Assembly (NCBI RefSeq): GCF_022045235.1
Contig: NW_027266330.1
Span: 1,860,001 to 1,924,000, forward strand
DNA from: Haliotis cracherodii
Taxonomy: Eukaryota
Reading direction: 5' to 3'
Length of the DNA: 64,000 bases
The position numbers were made by a program, and so were the translations under genes. Under the pieces are notes generated by a model. It worked only from the letters and a program-made list of their open reading frames with translations. It did no database searches and was not told where the DNA came from. This document shows, piece by piece, positions 1 to 12,951 of this stretch; position 1 is the stretch's first letter; every line of letters begins with the position of its first letter.

Positions 1-1415
1 CGCCCTCTGTTGTCAAACATGCTCCTTCAGCACCAACCCTACGCCCCTGATCTGGCTCCGTCTCTTGTCAAACATGCTCCTTCAGCACCAACCCTACGCC
101 CCTGATCTGGCTCCATCTGTCGTCAAACATGTTCCTTCAGCACTAACCCTAAGCCTCTCATATGGCGCCCTCTGTTGTCAAACATGCTCCTTCAGCACCA
201 ACCCTACGTCCCTGATCTCTCTCCGTGTGTTGTCAAACATGCTCCTTCAGCACCAACCCTACGCCCCTGATCTCTCTCCGTCTGTTGTCAAACATACTCC
301 TTCAGCACCAACCCTACGCCCCTGATCTCTCTCCGTCTGTTGTCAAACATGCTCCTTCAGCACCAACCCTACGCCACTGATCTCTCTCCGTCTCTTGTCA
401 AACATGCTCCTTCAGCACCAACCCTACGCCCCTGATCTGGCTCCGTCTCTTGTCAAACATGCTCCTCCAGCACCAACCCTACGCCCCTGATCTGGCGCCC
501 TCTGCTGTCAAACATGCTCCTTCAGCACCAAACCTATGACCCTCATCTGGCTCCGACTGTTGTCAAACATGCTCCTTCAGCACCAACCCTACGCCCCTGA
601 TCTCCCTCCGTCTGTTGTCAAACATGCTCCTTCAGCACCAACCCTACGTCCCTGATCTCCCTCCGTCTGTTGTCAAACATGCTCCTTCAGCACTAACCCA
701 ACGCCCCTGATCTCCCTCCGTCTGTTGTCAAACATGCTCCTTCAGCACCAACCCTACGTCCCTGATCTCCCTCCGTCTGTTGTCAAACATGCTCCTTCAG
801 CACTAACCCAACGTCCCTGATCTCCCTCCGTCTGTTGTCAAACATGCTCCTTCAGCACCAACCCTACGCCCCTGATCTCCCTCCGTCTGTTGTCAAACAT
901 GCTCCTTCAGCACTAACCCAACGGCCCTGATCTGGCTCTGTCTGTTGTCAAACATGCTCCTTCAGCACCAACTCTACGCCCCTCATCTGGCGCCCTCTGT
1001 TGTCAAACATGCTCCTTCAGCACCAACTCTACGCCCCTGATCTCTCTCCGTCTCTTGTCAAACATGCTCCTTCAGCACCAACCCTACGTCCCTGATCTTT
1101 CTCCGTCTGTTCTCAAACATGCTCCTTCAGCACCAACCCTACGCCTCTCATATGGCGCCCTCTGTTGTCAAACATGCTCCTTCACCACCAACCCTACGCC
1201 TCTCATATGGCGCCCTCTGTTGTCAAACATGCTCCTTCAGCACCAACCCTACGTCCCTGATCTTTCTCCGTCTGTTCTCAAACATGCTCCTTCAGCATCA
1301 ACCCTACGCCCCTGATCTGGCGCCCTCTGTTGTCAAACATGCTCTTTCAGCACTAACCCTACGCCTCTCATCTGGCGCCCTCTGTTGTCAAACATGCTCC
1401 TTCAGTACCAACCTC
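1..1415. repeat. 55-bp tandem minisatellite (~26 copies, truncated by window start)
   Basis: The motif (T/C)GTCAAACAT recurs at 11, 66, 121, 176 and onward, a 55-bp period. It probably lies in the first intron of gene A. Confidence 0.95.
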
Positions 1416-1687
1416 ATACCCATTTCGACTTGACCGATGACTTCATAGCAGTTGTGGAGAACATTTAGGGCGACAAGGACTTTTTCGAAACTGGGACACA
1501 GTCCCTCCATCGCCGTAACATAATGTTGAACAATTTATCATTTTAATGTATTAAGATCAGGTTTGTCTGTTCGAGGCTCAAAACATGTCACATTGTCAAG
1601 CTGTTAGAAAAGTAAAACATATGTGTTGAAAAGTGTTTTGTCCAAGTAAATGGTAACTTTACACAAGTATCATTGATGAGAACATCA

Positions 1688-1926
1688 GTGAGTGAGTGAG
1701 TTAATTAGTTTGGGTTTAACGCTTCTTTGAACAGTATTCCAGTTATATCATGGCGTGACACTAACTTTGGTCAAACCCAAGAGCACGAGTATGGTGCTGA
1801 CAAACCAAGAAACAATTGGGACGAACCAGGATTTGAACCCACAACCATAAGTTTCTGGCGAGTCCAAGTGGCCATACTCTGCAAAGCGAATTACGATACC
1901 TTAGACGACTGGGCCACCCGTGCCGC
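1688..1926 (-). mobile_element. tRNA-derived SINE, family 1
   Basis: The minus strand has A-box-like TGGCCCAGTCG, B-box GGTTCAAATCC and a (CTCA)n tail. Similar copies occur at 27268, 38271, 38895 and 49927. Confidence 0.8.
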
Positions 1927-1973
1927 ATATGAGCACAACAAGAATATTAATACAACCATGTGTTCATTCTCAG

Positions 1974-2915
1974 GTGGTAAATGTTTCGATAACCAGCAAT
2001 GCTCCGAGTGTGAGGAGCAGACGGGTCGATGCAGCACCAACTGCTCTAAAGGATATTTCGGCCCAAAGTGCATGGACGTGTGCAGCAGAAGGTGCAGGTA
2101 CCGCACATGTAAGTTGCACCTCGACAGGGGGATTGGGAGATGTACTGATGGCTGCATACCAGGATTCCAAGGCCCAAACTGCCAGAGGCCATGTTACACT
2201 CACCAGGAAGACTGTACCAGATGCCCAGGTGGATGTGATGAGGAGTTCTGCCAGATGGGTGGAACTTGTTTCTCTGGCTGCAGCGACTCATACTACGGAG
2301 CAGGATGTAGGAAGTGTTCCAGCAGATGCAAGTCCTGCAACAGGATCACAGGAACATGTGAGGAGTGTCAGCCTCCATATTCTGGACTGGACTGTAGATC
2401 CTCGTGTGAGCACTGTGTCGGTGGATGTGAGAGTGGCTGCCAACAGGGATGCAGACAAGGATTCTATGGAGACAACTGTACTGAAGCATGCAGTGACACC
2501 TGCCGAGCTGATCCCTCCCTGTCTACTGATGAACACTGTCCTGAGGGTGACTCATGTACCCCTGAGTGCCACAGCCAGACTGGCGAGTGTGTTCACGGTT
2601 GTGTAGATGGCTGGTACGGCCCGAAGTGTTCAAGGCGATGCAACTCTAACTGCAAACATCAAATGTGTAACCATGCGGGTGTATGTGTTGAACGCTGTGG
2701 GAAATGCCTCAATAAAACTTGTAACGGATCCTGTATGAATGGATGCAGCATCAGGGAAAATTGCAACACGACGTGTGATCTATGTCCTGAGGGTGTTTGT
2801 GATGAGAGCTCTGGTGTCTGTGTGCAGGGATGCAATACGACTGGATCTGGATGTGGCGACAACTGCACAACCAACTGCCAAACGCCCGACTGTCCTTCTG
2901 GATCTTGCCACGCAG
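1974..2915 (+). CDS. Gene A, large EGF-like ectodomain exon (MEGF10/SCARF-like multiple EGF-like domain receptor; signal-peptide exon not in window)
   Basis: Acceptor ttctcag|1974 and donor 2915|GTACAC, phase 1-1. The frame is open with repeated CxxG(F/W/Y)xGxxC motifs (CSKGYFGPKC, CIPGFQGPNC, CRQGFYGDNC, CVDGWYGPKC). Confidence 0.9.
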
Positions 2916-3084
2916 GTACACATCTTCAGTCGTAGACAAACAGATATGTCAAGTTGTAAATCGGTTTTAAATATGTGCAAGATATTCTCAATTCCTCAGT
3001 CAACATATTCAAGCCCCTTTATAAAGGGCCACACTTCCCTTACCTCATACTAGGGAGTATATAGGATAGTACATTAATTTTAAT

Positions 3085-3600
3085 GTGACTGTCCAACACA
3101 TTGTCGGTGGATGTCCAGCTTTGGCACAAACACAGTATCTTAAGCGATATGATGGAGTGGCTCGATCTTTTCATTATCGTCTTTACCATGCTTAGGGTTT
3201 TTACACAGGGGTCCATCCATTGGACGACCCAGAATATGTAGAGGGCGTCATGGAACATATTAATTATAAAATGATTTGGAATAGCTCCGAGTACAGCCTC
3301 AGACCCCTAGTGTTCTCGGTGCCTTAGGTTTGGTTCTTCCCAATCTGTGGACTGACATTGGGAGAGTACTCGGGTTTGTTGCCAGGAATACAGCCCTTCT
3401 GACAATCTGGGTAATCTAGAAGGCTGCAGTGTTGGGGAGTCTTTACATTCTCCGAAAGGTTCTTGGTGGATTCGACTAGGCAGCCGTCAAAAGCCTAACC
3501 ATCCAGTATGTTCCAGGATCACCCAAACCTTCTTTGCTGCATTTATTTATGTTAATCTGAAAAATATATATATATAAAATAATAATAATAATAATAATAA
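3085..3600 (+). mobile_element. 5'-truncated, decayed R4/Dong-clade (restriction-like endonuclease) non-LTR retrotransposon in gene A intron
   Basis: Translates to TVQHIVGGCPALAQTQYLKRYDGVARSFH (zinc-knuckle/RHD region) and VLGALG...KAAVLGSLYILRKVL (typical C-terminus), with in-frame stops. It ends in a (TAA)n tail. Confidence 0.75.
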
Positions 3601-3632
3601 ATACCTATATGTACCCATTGCTTCCCCTTCAG

Positions 3633-3756
3633 ATGACGCGACGGCAGGCGCCTCCAACACCGTCACAGTGACATCGGTCGTGGTGGTTGTCTTCATCATC
3701 CTGGCTGCATGTACCGCAAGCTACATCTGCTATCGTAAAGGAATGTGTCTGAGACG
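3633..3756 (+). CDS. Gene A transmembrane exon
   Basis: Acceptor cccttcag|, donor |GTCAGT, phase 1-2. Encodes DDATAGASNTVTVTSVVVVVFIILAACTASYICYRKGMCLRR, a hydrophobic span with a basic stop-transfer segment. Confidence 0.88.
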
Positions 3757-4158
3757 GTCAGTAGACATCCACAACAGTAGTGTGATGAAGCAGTGCTCTT
3801 CCTGGCGAGTTATGATGACATTTGACACTCAGTAGATTTGTGTCCCTTAGTCGTATCAGAATCCGATTATGGTGGGATTCCTCCTGATAACTATTCTTAG
3901 CTTTACAGTATCATATTAAATAAAGGTAGATGAAATAGGAAGAAAGAAAATGTTCAGCAGTGTAATTGACAAAATTACTTTACGCAACCTTACATTACCC
4001 TGTCAACAATTGTCATGATGGTTTTATTGTAATTGTAATGGAGTTATATTTTACATCTTAACTTCATGAACCTTTCAAATAACCGCATTTCATGATTTCA
4101 TTTTGAAGAGATAGTCTAATCTAGTCCTGCTAATGAAACAGGGGGACATTTGTTGCAG

Positions 4159-4465
4159 GAATGGATCTGATGACAAGATGCTGGACGCTAAGCTGGAGCA
4201 GGCAGACGTCCCCATCAATGACTACCTGGAGCTCCACCACTACGAGGACATCAGAGAGGAAGATATTATGCGACCAGACCAGAACAAAGACGGCGCCGGC
4301 AGAGAGAAGGCTCTAGACATTCCTGTTTTAGCAGACTGCTTCCAAGGGGAACGAAACGATAAGGACAAATCAGTACGAGACTCCCAGCCATACACTGAGC
4401 TGAAGGAGGGCGCGCGTGTTCCTCGTCCGAGATCATCCGTGAGGTACTTATCTCCACATGACTAG
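4159..4465 (+). CDS. Gene A terminal exon: cytoplasmic tail with tyrosine motifs (YLEL, YEDI, YTEL)
   Basis: Acceptor tgttgcag|, phase 2, which matches the TM exon donor. The frame is that of ORF 4133-4465 and ends at TAG 4463-4465. Confidence 0.85.
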
Positions 4466-4706
4466 GAGAGCTACTTGTGTCTATCGCCACGTGACAAGGC
4501 GATCTACATGTGTCTATCACCACGTGACAAGGAGACCTACTTGTGTCTTTCCCAACGTGACAAGGATACCTACTTGTGTCTTTCCCCACGTGACAAGGAA
4601 ACCTAAATGTGTCTTTCCCCCCCCACGTGACAAGGAGACCTACTTGTGTCTTTCCCCACGTGACAAGGCGACCTAGTTGTGTCTATCACCACGTGACAAG
4701 GAGAGC
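4466..4706 (+). repeat. 33-bp tandem repeat (~7 units) immediately after the gene A stop
   Basis: Unit TACTTGTGTCTTTCCCCACGTGACAAGGAGACC at 4472, 4505, 4538, 4571, 4604, 4641 and 4674. Confidence 0.92.
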
Positions 4707-4964
4707 AAGTTTCAAAGGACCCCTAATATTCCTTTTGTCACTTTTTGGTCACATGTCTTTCGTACATTTTTCGTAATTGTGTGTGGACGTAATGGAGAAA
4801 TGTGAAGGGCCCGTAGGAGCAACTCTTGCTGTCAAGAATCAAACATAATTCATCATTATTCAATGTAATATTGTATAATAACATGACGTTGGTCATATGG
4901 GACTTTGCAGAGGTGGAAGGTCCGTCATATCACCCTGAAGCTTGTTGTATTCTTCAGAAATATT

Positions 4965-6339
4965 CAGTATTGGTCTAAGGCAGACTGTAATTGTCTAAGG
5001 TAGGCTGTATTGGTCAAAGGTGGACTGTAATGGTCTAGGGCAGGTTGTATTGGTCTAAGGTGGGATGTAATGGTCTAAGGCAGGTTGTAGTGGTCTAGGG
5101 CAGGCTGTAATGACCTAAGGCAGGCTGTAATGATCTACGTTAGGCTGTAATGGTATAACGTAGGCCGTAGTGAGTCTCAGGCAGGCTGTAATGGTCTTAG
5201 GTAGGCTGTAATGGTCTAAGGCAGACTGCATTGGTCTACGGTGGGATGTTATGGTCTCAGGCAGGCTGTATTGGTCTAAGGCAGCCTGTATTGGTCTAAG
5301 GCAGGCTGTAATGGTCTAAAGCAGGCTGTGAAGATCTACGTTAGGCTGTAATGGTATAATGTAGGCTGTAATGGTCATGGTTACACAGTATTGGTCTAAT
5401 GGCAGGCTGTAGTGGTCTAAGGCAAACTGAAATGGTCTATGTCGGGATGTTATGGTCTAAGGCAGGTTATGTTTGTCTAAGTTAGACTGTATTGGTCTAA
5501 GGTAGGCTCTAGTGGTGTTTGGTAGGCTGTAATGGTCTACGATAGGTTGTAATGGTCTAAGACAGGCTGTTCTGGTCCAAGGCAGACTGTAATGGTATAA
5601 AGGAGACTGTAAAGGTCTAAGGTAGACTGTATTGGTCTAAGGCAGACGGTAGTGGTCCATGTTAGGCTGTAATGGTCTAAGGCAGGTTGTAATGTCCAGG
5701 GCAGACTGTATTTGGCTAAGGTATGCTGTAATTGTCCAAAGATAGGCTGTAATTGTATAAGGTAGACTGTAAAGGTAGGCTATTATCGCAGGTTGTATTG
5801 TTCTACGTTAGTCTGTAATGGTCTAAGGCAGGCTGTAAATGTCTAAGGTAGACTGTAAAGGTCTAAGGTAGGCTGTTATGGTCTAAGGCAGTCTGTATTG
5901 GTCTACGTTAGGCTGTAATGGTCTAGGACAGGCGGCAATGATCTAAGGCAGACTGTAATGGTCTGAGGCAGGCTGTAATGGTCTAGGGCAGGCTTAATTA
6001 TCTAAGACAGGCTGTAATGATCTAGGGCAGGCTGTAATTGTCTAGGACAGGATGTAATGATCTGGGGCAGGCTGTAACGGTCTGAGGCAGGCTGTAATAG
6101 TCTGGGGCAGGCTGTAATAGTCTGGGGCAGGCTATAATGGTCTGAGGCAGGCTGTAATAGTCTAAGGCAGACTGTAATGGTCTAAGGCATGCGCGCAGGC
6201 TGTAATGGTCTAAGGCAGACTGTAATGGTCTAATGCAGGCTGTCATGGTCTAAGGAAGACTGTAATGAGCTAAGGCAGACTGTAATGGTCTAAGGCAGGC
6301 TGTAATCGTCTAAGGTAGGCTGTAATGGTCTAGGGCAGA
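4965..6339. repeat. 20-bp degenerate minisatellite running into an assembly gap
   Basis: Consensus GGTCTAAGGCAGGCTGTAAT is repeated throughout. Confidence 0.93.
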
Positions 6340-6569
6340 NNNNNNNNNNNNNNNNNNNNNNNNNNNNNNNNNNNNNNNNNNNNNNNNNNNNNNNNNNNNN
6401 NNNNNNNNNNNNNNNNNNNNNNNNNNNNNNNNNNNNNNNNNNNNNNNNNNNNNNNNNNNNNNNNNNNNNNNNNNNNNNNNNNNNNNNNNNNNNNNNNNNN
6501 NNNNNNNNNNNNNNNNNNNNNNNNNNNNNNNNNNNNNNNNNNNNNNNNNNNAAGGAAATAAATATTTTC

Positions 6570-6920
6570 CTTCCTAGATTTTATGAAGGCCTTTGATTTG
6601 GGTGAGATGTTTTTAACAATTTGGACTTCACAGTGATGTCTGGAAATACATATGGATAAGGAAATATTGATATGTTTTCTTTATAAAAAAGGAAATCGTT
6701 GCAACGGCATATGAAAGGTTTTGTGTAAACAAATTCTTCCTGTCTGAGCTACTTTTTATGAAACCAAAAATCAATCAAAAAAATAATTCTCTCTTGTATT
6801 TAATCGTGAATTGCCTCCTTAATATCCAGTTGAGAGCTATTTTGTGCATATTAATTCTAACATCGCTCAAAATGTCAGTTTGGCCAGTTTCTGAAATGAC
6901 TGGACAATAGTTATTATATT
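6570..6920 (+). mobile_element. Highly decayed LINE reverse-transcriptase fragment
   Basis: Sequence from about 6571 translates FLDFMKAFDL (LDFxKAFD RT motif). The surrounding sequence is disrupted. Confidence 0.35.
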
Positions 6921-7041
6921 TTAATATAGATACAATTACTAGAAAGGTGGTCATTTTATGTAAAGTGATGAATCACCAAAGAATGCTGTACCGGTGGAGG
7001 TGCTTGGTAGTTAGCAATAGTGTGTACATTCCTCCATGTTT

Positions 7042-9660
7042 TACACTCAGAGATCACAGAGGCCCTGTCATGTCCCTGTAACAATACACGCCTATAGTAT
7101 GACATGGGTGTACACTCAGAGATCACAGAGGCCCTGTCATGTCCCTGTAACAATACACGCCTATAGTATGACTTGAGTGTACACTCAGAGATCACAGAGG
7201 CCCTGTCATGTCCCTGTAACAATGCACGCCTATAGTATGACTTGAGTGTACACTCAGAGATCACAGAGGCCCTGTCATGTCCCTGTAACAATACACGCCT
7301 ATAGTATGACATGGGTGTACACTCAGAGATCACAGAGGCCCTGTCATGTCCCTGTAACAATACACGCCTATAGTATGACATGGGTGTACACTCAGAGATC
7401 ACAGAGGCCCTGTCATGTCCCTGTAACAATACACGCCTATAGTATGACTTGAGTGTACACTCAGAGATCACAGAGGCCCTGTCATGTCCCTGTAACAATG
7501 CACGCCTATAGTATGACTTGAGTGTACACTCAGAGATCACAGAGGCCCTGTCATGTTCCTGTAACAATGCACACCTATAGTATAACATGGGTGTACATTC
7601 AGAGATCACAGAGGCCCTGTCATGTTTCTGTAACAATGCACACCTATAGTATGACATGGGTGTACATTCAGAGATCACAGAGGCCCTGTCATATCCCTGT
7701 AACAATGCACACCTATAGTATGGCATGGGTGTACACTCAGAGATCACAGAGACCCTGTCATGTTCCTGTAACAATGCACACCTATAGTATGGCATGGGTG
7801 TACACTCAGAGATCACAGAGTCCCTGTCATATCCCTGTAACAATGCACACCTATAGTATGGCATGGGTGTACACTCAGAGATCACAGAGGCCCTGTCATG
7901 TTCCTGTAACAATGCACACCTATAGTATGGCATGGGTGTACACTCAGAGATCACAGAGGCCCTGTCATATCCCTGTAACAATACACGCCTATAGTATGAC
8001 TTGAGTGTACACTCAGAGATCACAGAGGCCCTGTCATGTCCCTGTAACAATGCACACCTATAGTATGGCATGGGTGTACACTCAGAGATCACAGAGACCC
8101 TGTCATATCCCTGTAACAATACACGCCTATGGTATGACTTGAGTGTACACTCAGAGATCACAGAGGCCCTGTCATGTCCCTGTAACAATGCACGCCTATA
8201 GTATGGCATGGGTGTTCACTCAGAGATCACAGAGACCCTGTCATGTTCCTGTAACAATCGAACCTATAGTATGACATGAGTGTAGACTCAGAGATCACAG
8301 AGGCCCTGTCATGTTCCTGTAACAATGCACACCTATAGTATGACATGGGTGTACACTCAGAGATCACAGAGACCCTGTCATATCCCTGTAACAATGCACG
8401 TCTATAGTATGGCATGGGTGTACACTCAGAGATCACAGAGGCCCTGTCATGTTCCTGTAACAATGCACACCTATAGTATGGCATGGGTGTACATTCAGAG
8501 ATCACAGAGGCCCTGTCATGTCCCTGTAACAATGCACACCTATAGTATGACATGGGTGTACACTCAGAGATCACAGAGACCCTGTCATATGCCTGTAACA
8601 ATGCACACCTATAGTATGGCATGGGTGTACACTCAGAGATCACAGAGGCCCTGTCATGTTCCTGTAACAATGCACACCTATAGTATGGCATGGGTGTTCA
8701 CTCAGAGATCACAGAGGCCCTGTCATGTTCCTGTAACAATGCACACCTATAGTATGGCATGGGTGTACATTCAGAGATCACAGAGGCCCTGTCATGTCCC
8801 TGTAACAATGCACACCTATAGTATAACATGGGTGTACATTCAGAGATCACAGAGGCCCTGTCATGTCCCTGTAACAATACACACCTATAGTATAACATGG
8901 GTGTACACTCAGAGATCACAGAGGCCCTGTCATGTCCCTGTAACAATGCACACCTATAGTATAACATGGGTGTACATTCAGAGATCACAGAGGCCCTGTC
9001 ATGTCCCTGTAACAATGCACACCTATAGTATGACATGGGTGTACACTCAGAGATCACAGAGGCCCTGTCATGTCCCTGTAATAATGCACACCTATAGTAT
9101 GGCATGGGTGTACACTCAGAGATCACAGAGGCCCTGTCATGTCCCTGTAACAATGCACACCTATAGTATGGCATGGGTGTTCACTCAGAGATCACAGAGG
9201 CCCTGTTATGTCCCTGTCACAATGCACACCTATAGTATGACATGGGTGTACATTCAGAGATCACAGAGGCCCTGTTATGTCCCTGTCACAATGCACACCT
9301 ATAGTATGACATGGGTGTACATTCAGAGATCACAGAGGCCCTGTTATGTCCCTGTCACAATGCACACCTATAGTATGACATGGGTGTACATTCAGAGATC
9401 ACAGAGGCCCTGTTATGTCCCTGTCACAATGCACACCTATAGTATGACATGGGTGTACATTCAGAGATCACAGAGGCCCTGCCATGTCCCTGTAACAATG
9501 CACACCTATAGTATGACATGGGTGTACATTCAGAGATCACAGAGGCCCTGTCATATCCCTGTAACAATGCACACCTATAGTATGACATGGGTGTACATTC
9601 AGAGATCACAGAGGCCCTGTCATATCCCTGTAACAATACACACCTATAGTATGACATGAG
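7042..9660. repeat. 69-bp tandem minisatellite (~38 copies)
   Basis: TACACTCAGAGATCACAGAGGCCC recurs with a 69-bp period (7042, 7111 and onward). This explains the 23-aa repeat ORFs on both strands. Confidence 0.96.
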
Positions 9661-10919
9661 TTGTGTAAGGTTTCATATTCCTTTCCGTTGCGCCAAGTCG
9701 CATTCTACTCGTCCTCGTCGTGTGAGGAAAATATTATATATTAATGGACAGAAAATGTTATATATTAATGGACAGAACTGTATTATGCGGAGCCCTGTGG
9801 CAAGTATAAAACATTTTTTTCTTATTTCTAAAAACTGATATTTACTATNNNNNNNNNNNNNNNNNNNNNNNNNNNNNNNNNNNNNNNNNNNNNNNNNNNN
9901 NNNNNNNNNNNNNNNNNNNNNNNNNNNNNNNNNNNNNNNNNNNNNNNNNNNNNNNNNNNNNNNNNNNNNNNNNNNNNNNNNNNNNNNNNNNNNNNNNNNN
10001 NNNNNNNNNNNNNNNNNNNNNNNNNNNNNNNNNNNNNNNNNNNNNNNNNNNNNNNNNNNNNNNNNNNNNNNNNNNNNNNNNNNNNNNNNNNNNNNNNNNN
10101 NNNNNNNNNNNNNNNNNNNNNNNNNNNNNNNNNNNNNNNNNNNNNNNNNNNNNNNNNNNNNNNNNNNNNNNNNNNNNNNNNNNNNNNNNNNNNNNNNNNN
10201 NNNNNNNNNNNNNTAGTGCGAAACTATTGGCGGCCATTTCCGTCTACACAATCCCCCACACATCAGAAATGCTGTAGCTAAGCGGAACCTTAGTCAACAG
10301 TTTATTGAGCAAGCAGACATTGTATCTATGTACATTTCCTGCTTTGTGACCTTATTTGCATATTGATTGGTCGCGCCACCAAGTTTATCAGATAACACTA
10401 TCCATCATATGATACACTTATTTACCTTCCGCTACACATCAGTTGAACATGTTTACATGGACCGATGTTCTCAAAATGTCAATTTGAAACCTGAACATCT
10501 CTTTCGTTTTCACGTTTTCACCCAGTATTCCATGAATTATATAATCTTCTTGGACAAAGGGGGAACGGCGCAGTCAACTTAGGTGCCAAAATTGCGGATT
10601 AGTGTACCAGGGTTGTTAATGTGGGAGGAGCGCTCAAAGTGGTGCAGGTGAACCCACGGTCATTGGCCTCTGACACCGAGGACGCCACTCTGCGACTGTG
10701 CCACCCGTACCCACGTACCTGCTGTTCCTCTTGTAACTACTGTCCAAACTGATCGATGTGCGAAGATTGTATGATAACATTTTATGACACCCGCCTTTAT
10801 GTACATATGTCATATTTGCATCAGGTTTATGATTTGTATCTCCCTTTAAGAAGTCGAAATATATCTGCAACGTATTCACTGTATGGCTGTAGCAGGTGGG
10901 TACAGTAGTACTTTGTGTG

Positions 10920-11144
10920 ATTGTTTGTCGTTTAACGCCACACTCAGCAATATTCCAGCTGTATGACGGCGGTCTGTAAATAATCGAGTCTGGACCAGAC
11001 AATCTAGTGATTGATGTCATGAGCATCGATCCACGCAGTTGGGATACAATCAACCAAGTCAGCGAGTCTGTCCACCCGATCCCGATAGTCGCCTCTTTAG
11101 AATGGGTTGCTGAAGAACTATTCTAACCCAGATCTTCACGGGTC
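10920..11144 (-). mobile_element. SINE-like repeat, family 2
   Basis: Reverse complement of the element at 21715-21963 (head ACCCGTGAAGATC, tail GCTGGAATATTGCTGAGTGTGGCGTTAAAC(CAAA)n). Confidence 0.8.
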
Positions 11145-11507
11145 TGCAGTATTGCTGTCTCATTATTACTATTGTGTTCCTTAATGTATACCGTGACTAA
11201 TAACCTGTTCTGAGTATAATGTTGTTGTACAGGCTTGACGTCATTACACTGAATAAACATTACTGACTGAGACTCTTGTTTCGTATGTGGTGTAGTCGGG
11301 TGCAGTGTTTCAAGCCTATTGCGGCAATGGAGAGAACAGCCGCAAGTCCTCAGCAGTGATGTTAGCATCAACAGAGGGGAGTGGGTAACCTCCCCGGATA
11401 TGCTTTCCCACATGGGTACTCTGTACATTTCCGACTTGATGTTGTTTGAATATTGCTGAATGCGACCTGTTAAGATCGCCTTTTTCTTTTCTTTTTTTTC
11501 GGGGGGT

Positions 11508-11539
<32 letters not shown>

Positions 11540-12951
11540 GTATGCATGACAAAATGACAAAGTTCTACATTTCCTTCTTTCAACTAACAAAGGTTACAGT
11601 ACACATGCAGGGGTGCCTGGAAAATGATACGTAAAATGTGCGTTGGGAGTCTATCAAACAGTCTTAAGAACAATTTGACCACACCACCACCCACTCACTC
11701 ACTCACTCACTCACGCACGCACGTACGCACGCACGCACTCCAGATCAGACGTTTCTGCCAGTGACCTTCACCAGGGACTGTATGAGAGGTGACTGACACG
11801 TTGTGAGCCTCACAAGGATGGACGGCGTTAAAGGGGCCGATCCAGGATTTATAAAAAGGGTGTTCCACTTTGGCCATTTGTAACTTCAAGTTGGGGGGTG
11901 GGAGTCCACCCCAAAACCTTCCACAAACAGAAGTAACAAATGAAAGAGGGGGCGATCCGTCACTGGAGTTGGGTGGTAATTATTTTCCAAATCAATCCTT
12001 CCCAGGTACCCACACTTCTGCCTGATCCCGACTGGTGTCGAAGGCTCCCTCCTGGTATAGTTAAATGTCTTCCACACTGGAAATGACGTCATCATCATTT
12101 GCATAATGTCAATAATCGCAGTTTCATCAAAGAAGAATACCTTGTCACTTTGATGCTGCAGATATATGCTGCCTGGTTGTGTATTTGATTCAGATGCAGC
12201 CTGTAAGGATGGAAAGTATTGTACGTAATACTTGTAAACTGTGACGTGCGTACTGTACATCCTTCGTGGACTCGGAGCTAGTTCTTTCACCCCTCGTACA
12301 TTGCACGAAAGGGAGTGACACACTTACGTACTCGATAGGAAGGGGCTGAAATATACATAAAATGGTATGTGTCAAGTAATATATTTCGCAGTGTTTGGCA
12401 GTAGCCGTTACCTATAAATCCTGAACCAAGGCCTACTCCCCTCTCGTCCAAATCGAATCGTCCAACCTCGGCACGTGCACATACAGGATAGTCACAAAGA
12501 AAAACAACCTGCTGAAACAATAGACTAAGCCGGAAAATATATTATTTGGCCTTGTATCGAAACCGCACAGCTCTATTTCCTCAAAGGTTCATCATTCTCA
12601 AGAAATCTCCAACTTTTATTATATCACCATCGTTAACATATTGTTCATATGTTTCTAATCTGAATGTTCTTAATGTTACTGAAACAACTGATACCCATCT
12701 TGTTGTTTCTTCTGTCCTAAACCGTAGGTGCGTTGACAGGCAAACCTACCAGTTTCATTCACACGCTGGGTCCACTAATATACCTACACTCAAAGAAGAA
12801 TTAAGAAGTGAAGTGTAAGTCAAGAGTCCAGTAACATAGTCAGCTCCTGGGTTACGAACATCGCATGTTATGTGATACCACTTATTGTACGTCTCTGCTT
12901 CCGGGGCTGACCAATCTCATTGAAATCAGGCCTCAGTCCTCGCTCCCGCTG

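Noticed and set aside
1727-1973. N-terminal 82 aa of the 402-aa ORF
   Set aside because: It reads through an antisense SINE upstream of a clear splice acceptor and has no signal peptide. The real first exon is outside the window.
4200-4420. Canonical ITIMs in the gene A tail
   Set aside because: YLEL, YEDI and YTEL lack the S/I/V/L residue at position -2, so they are reported only as generic YxxL/I motifs.
6956-9659. 417-aa and 444-aa repeat ORFs on both strands
   Set aside because: They arise from a 69-bp unit (a multiple of 3). They are open on both strands with sporadic stops and have no splice context.
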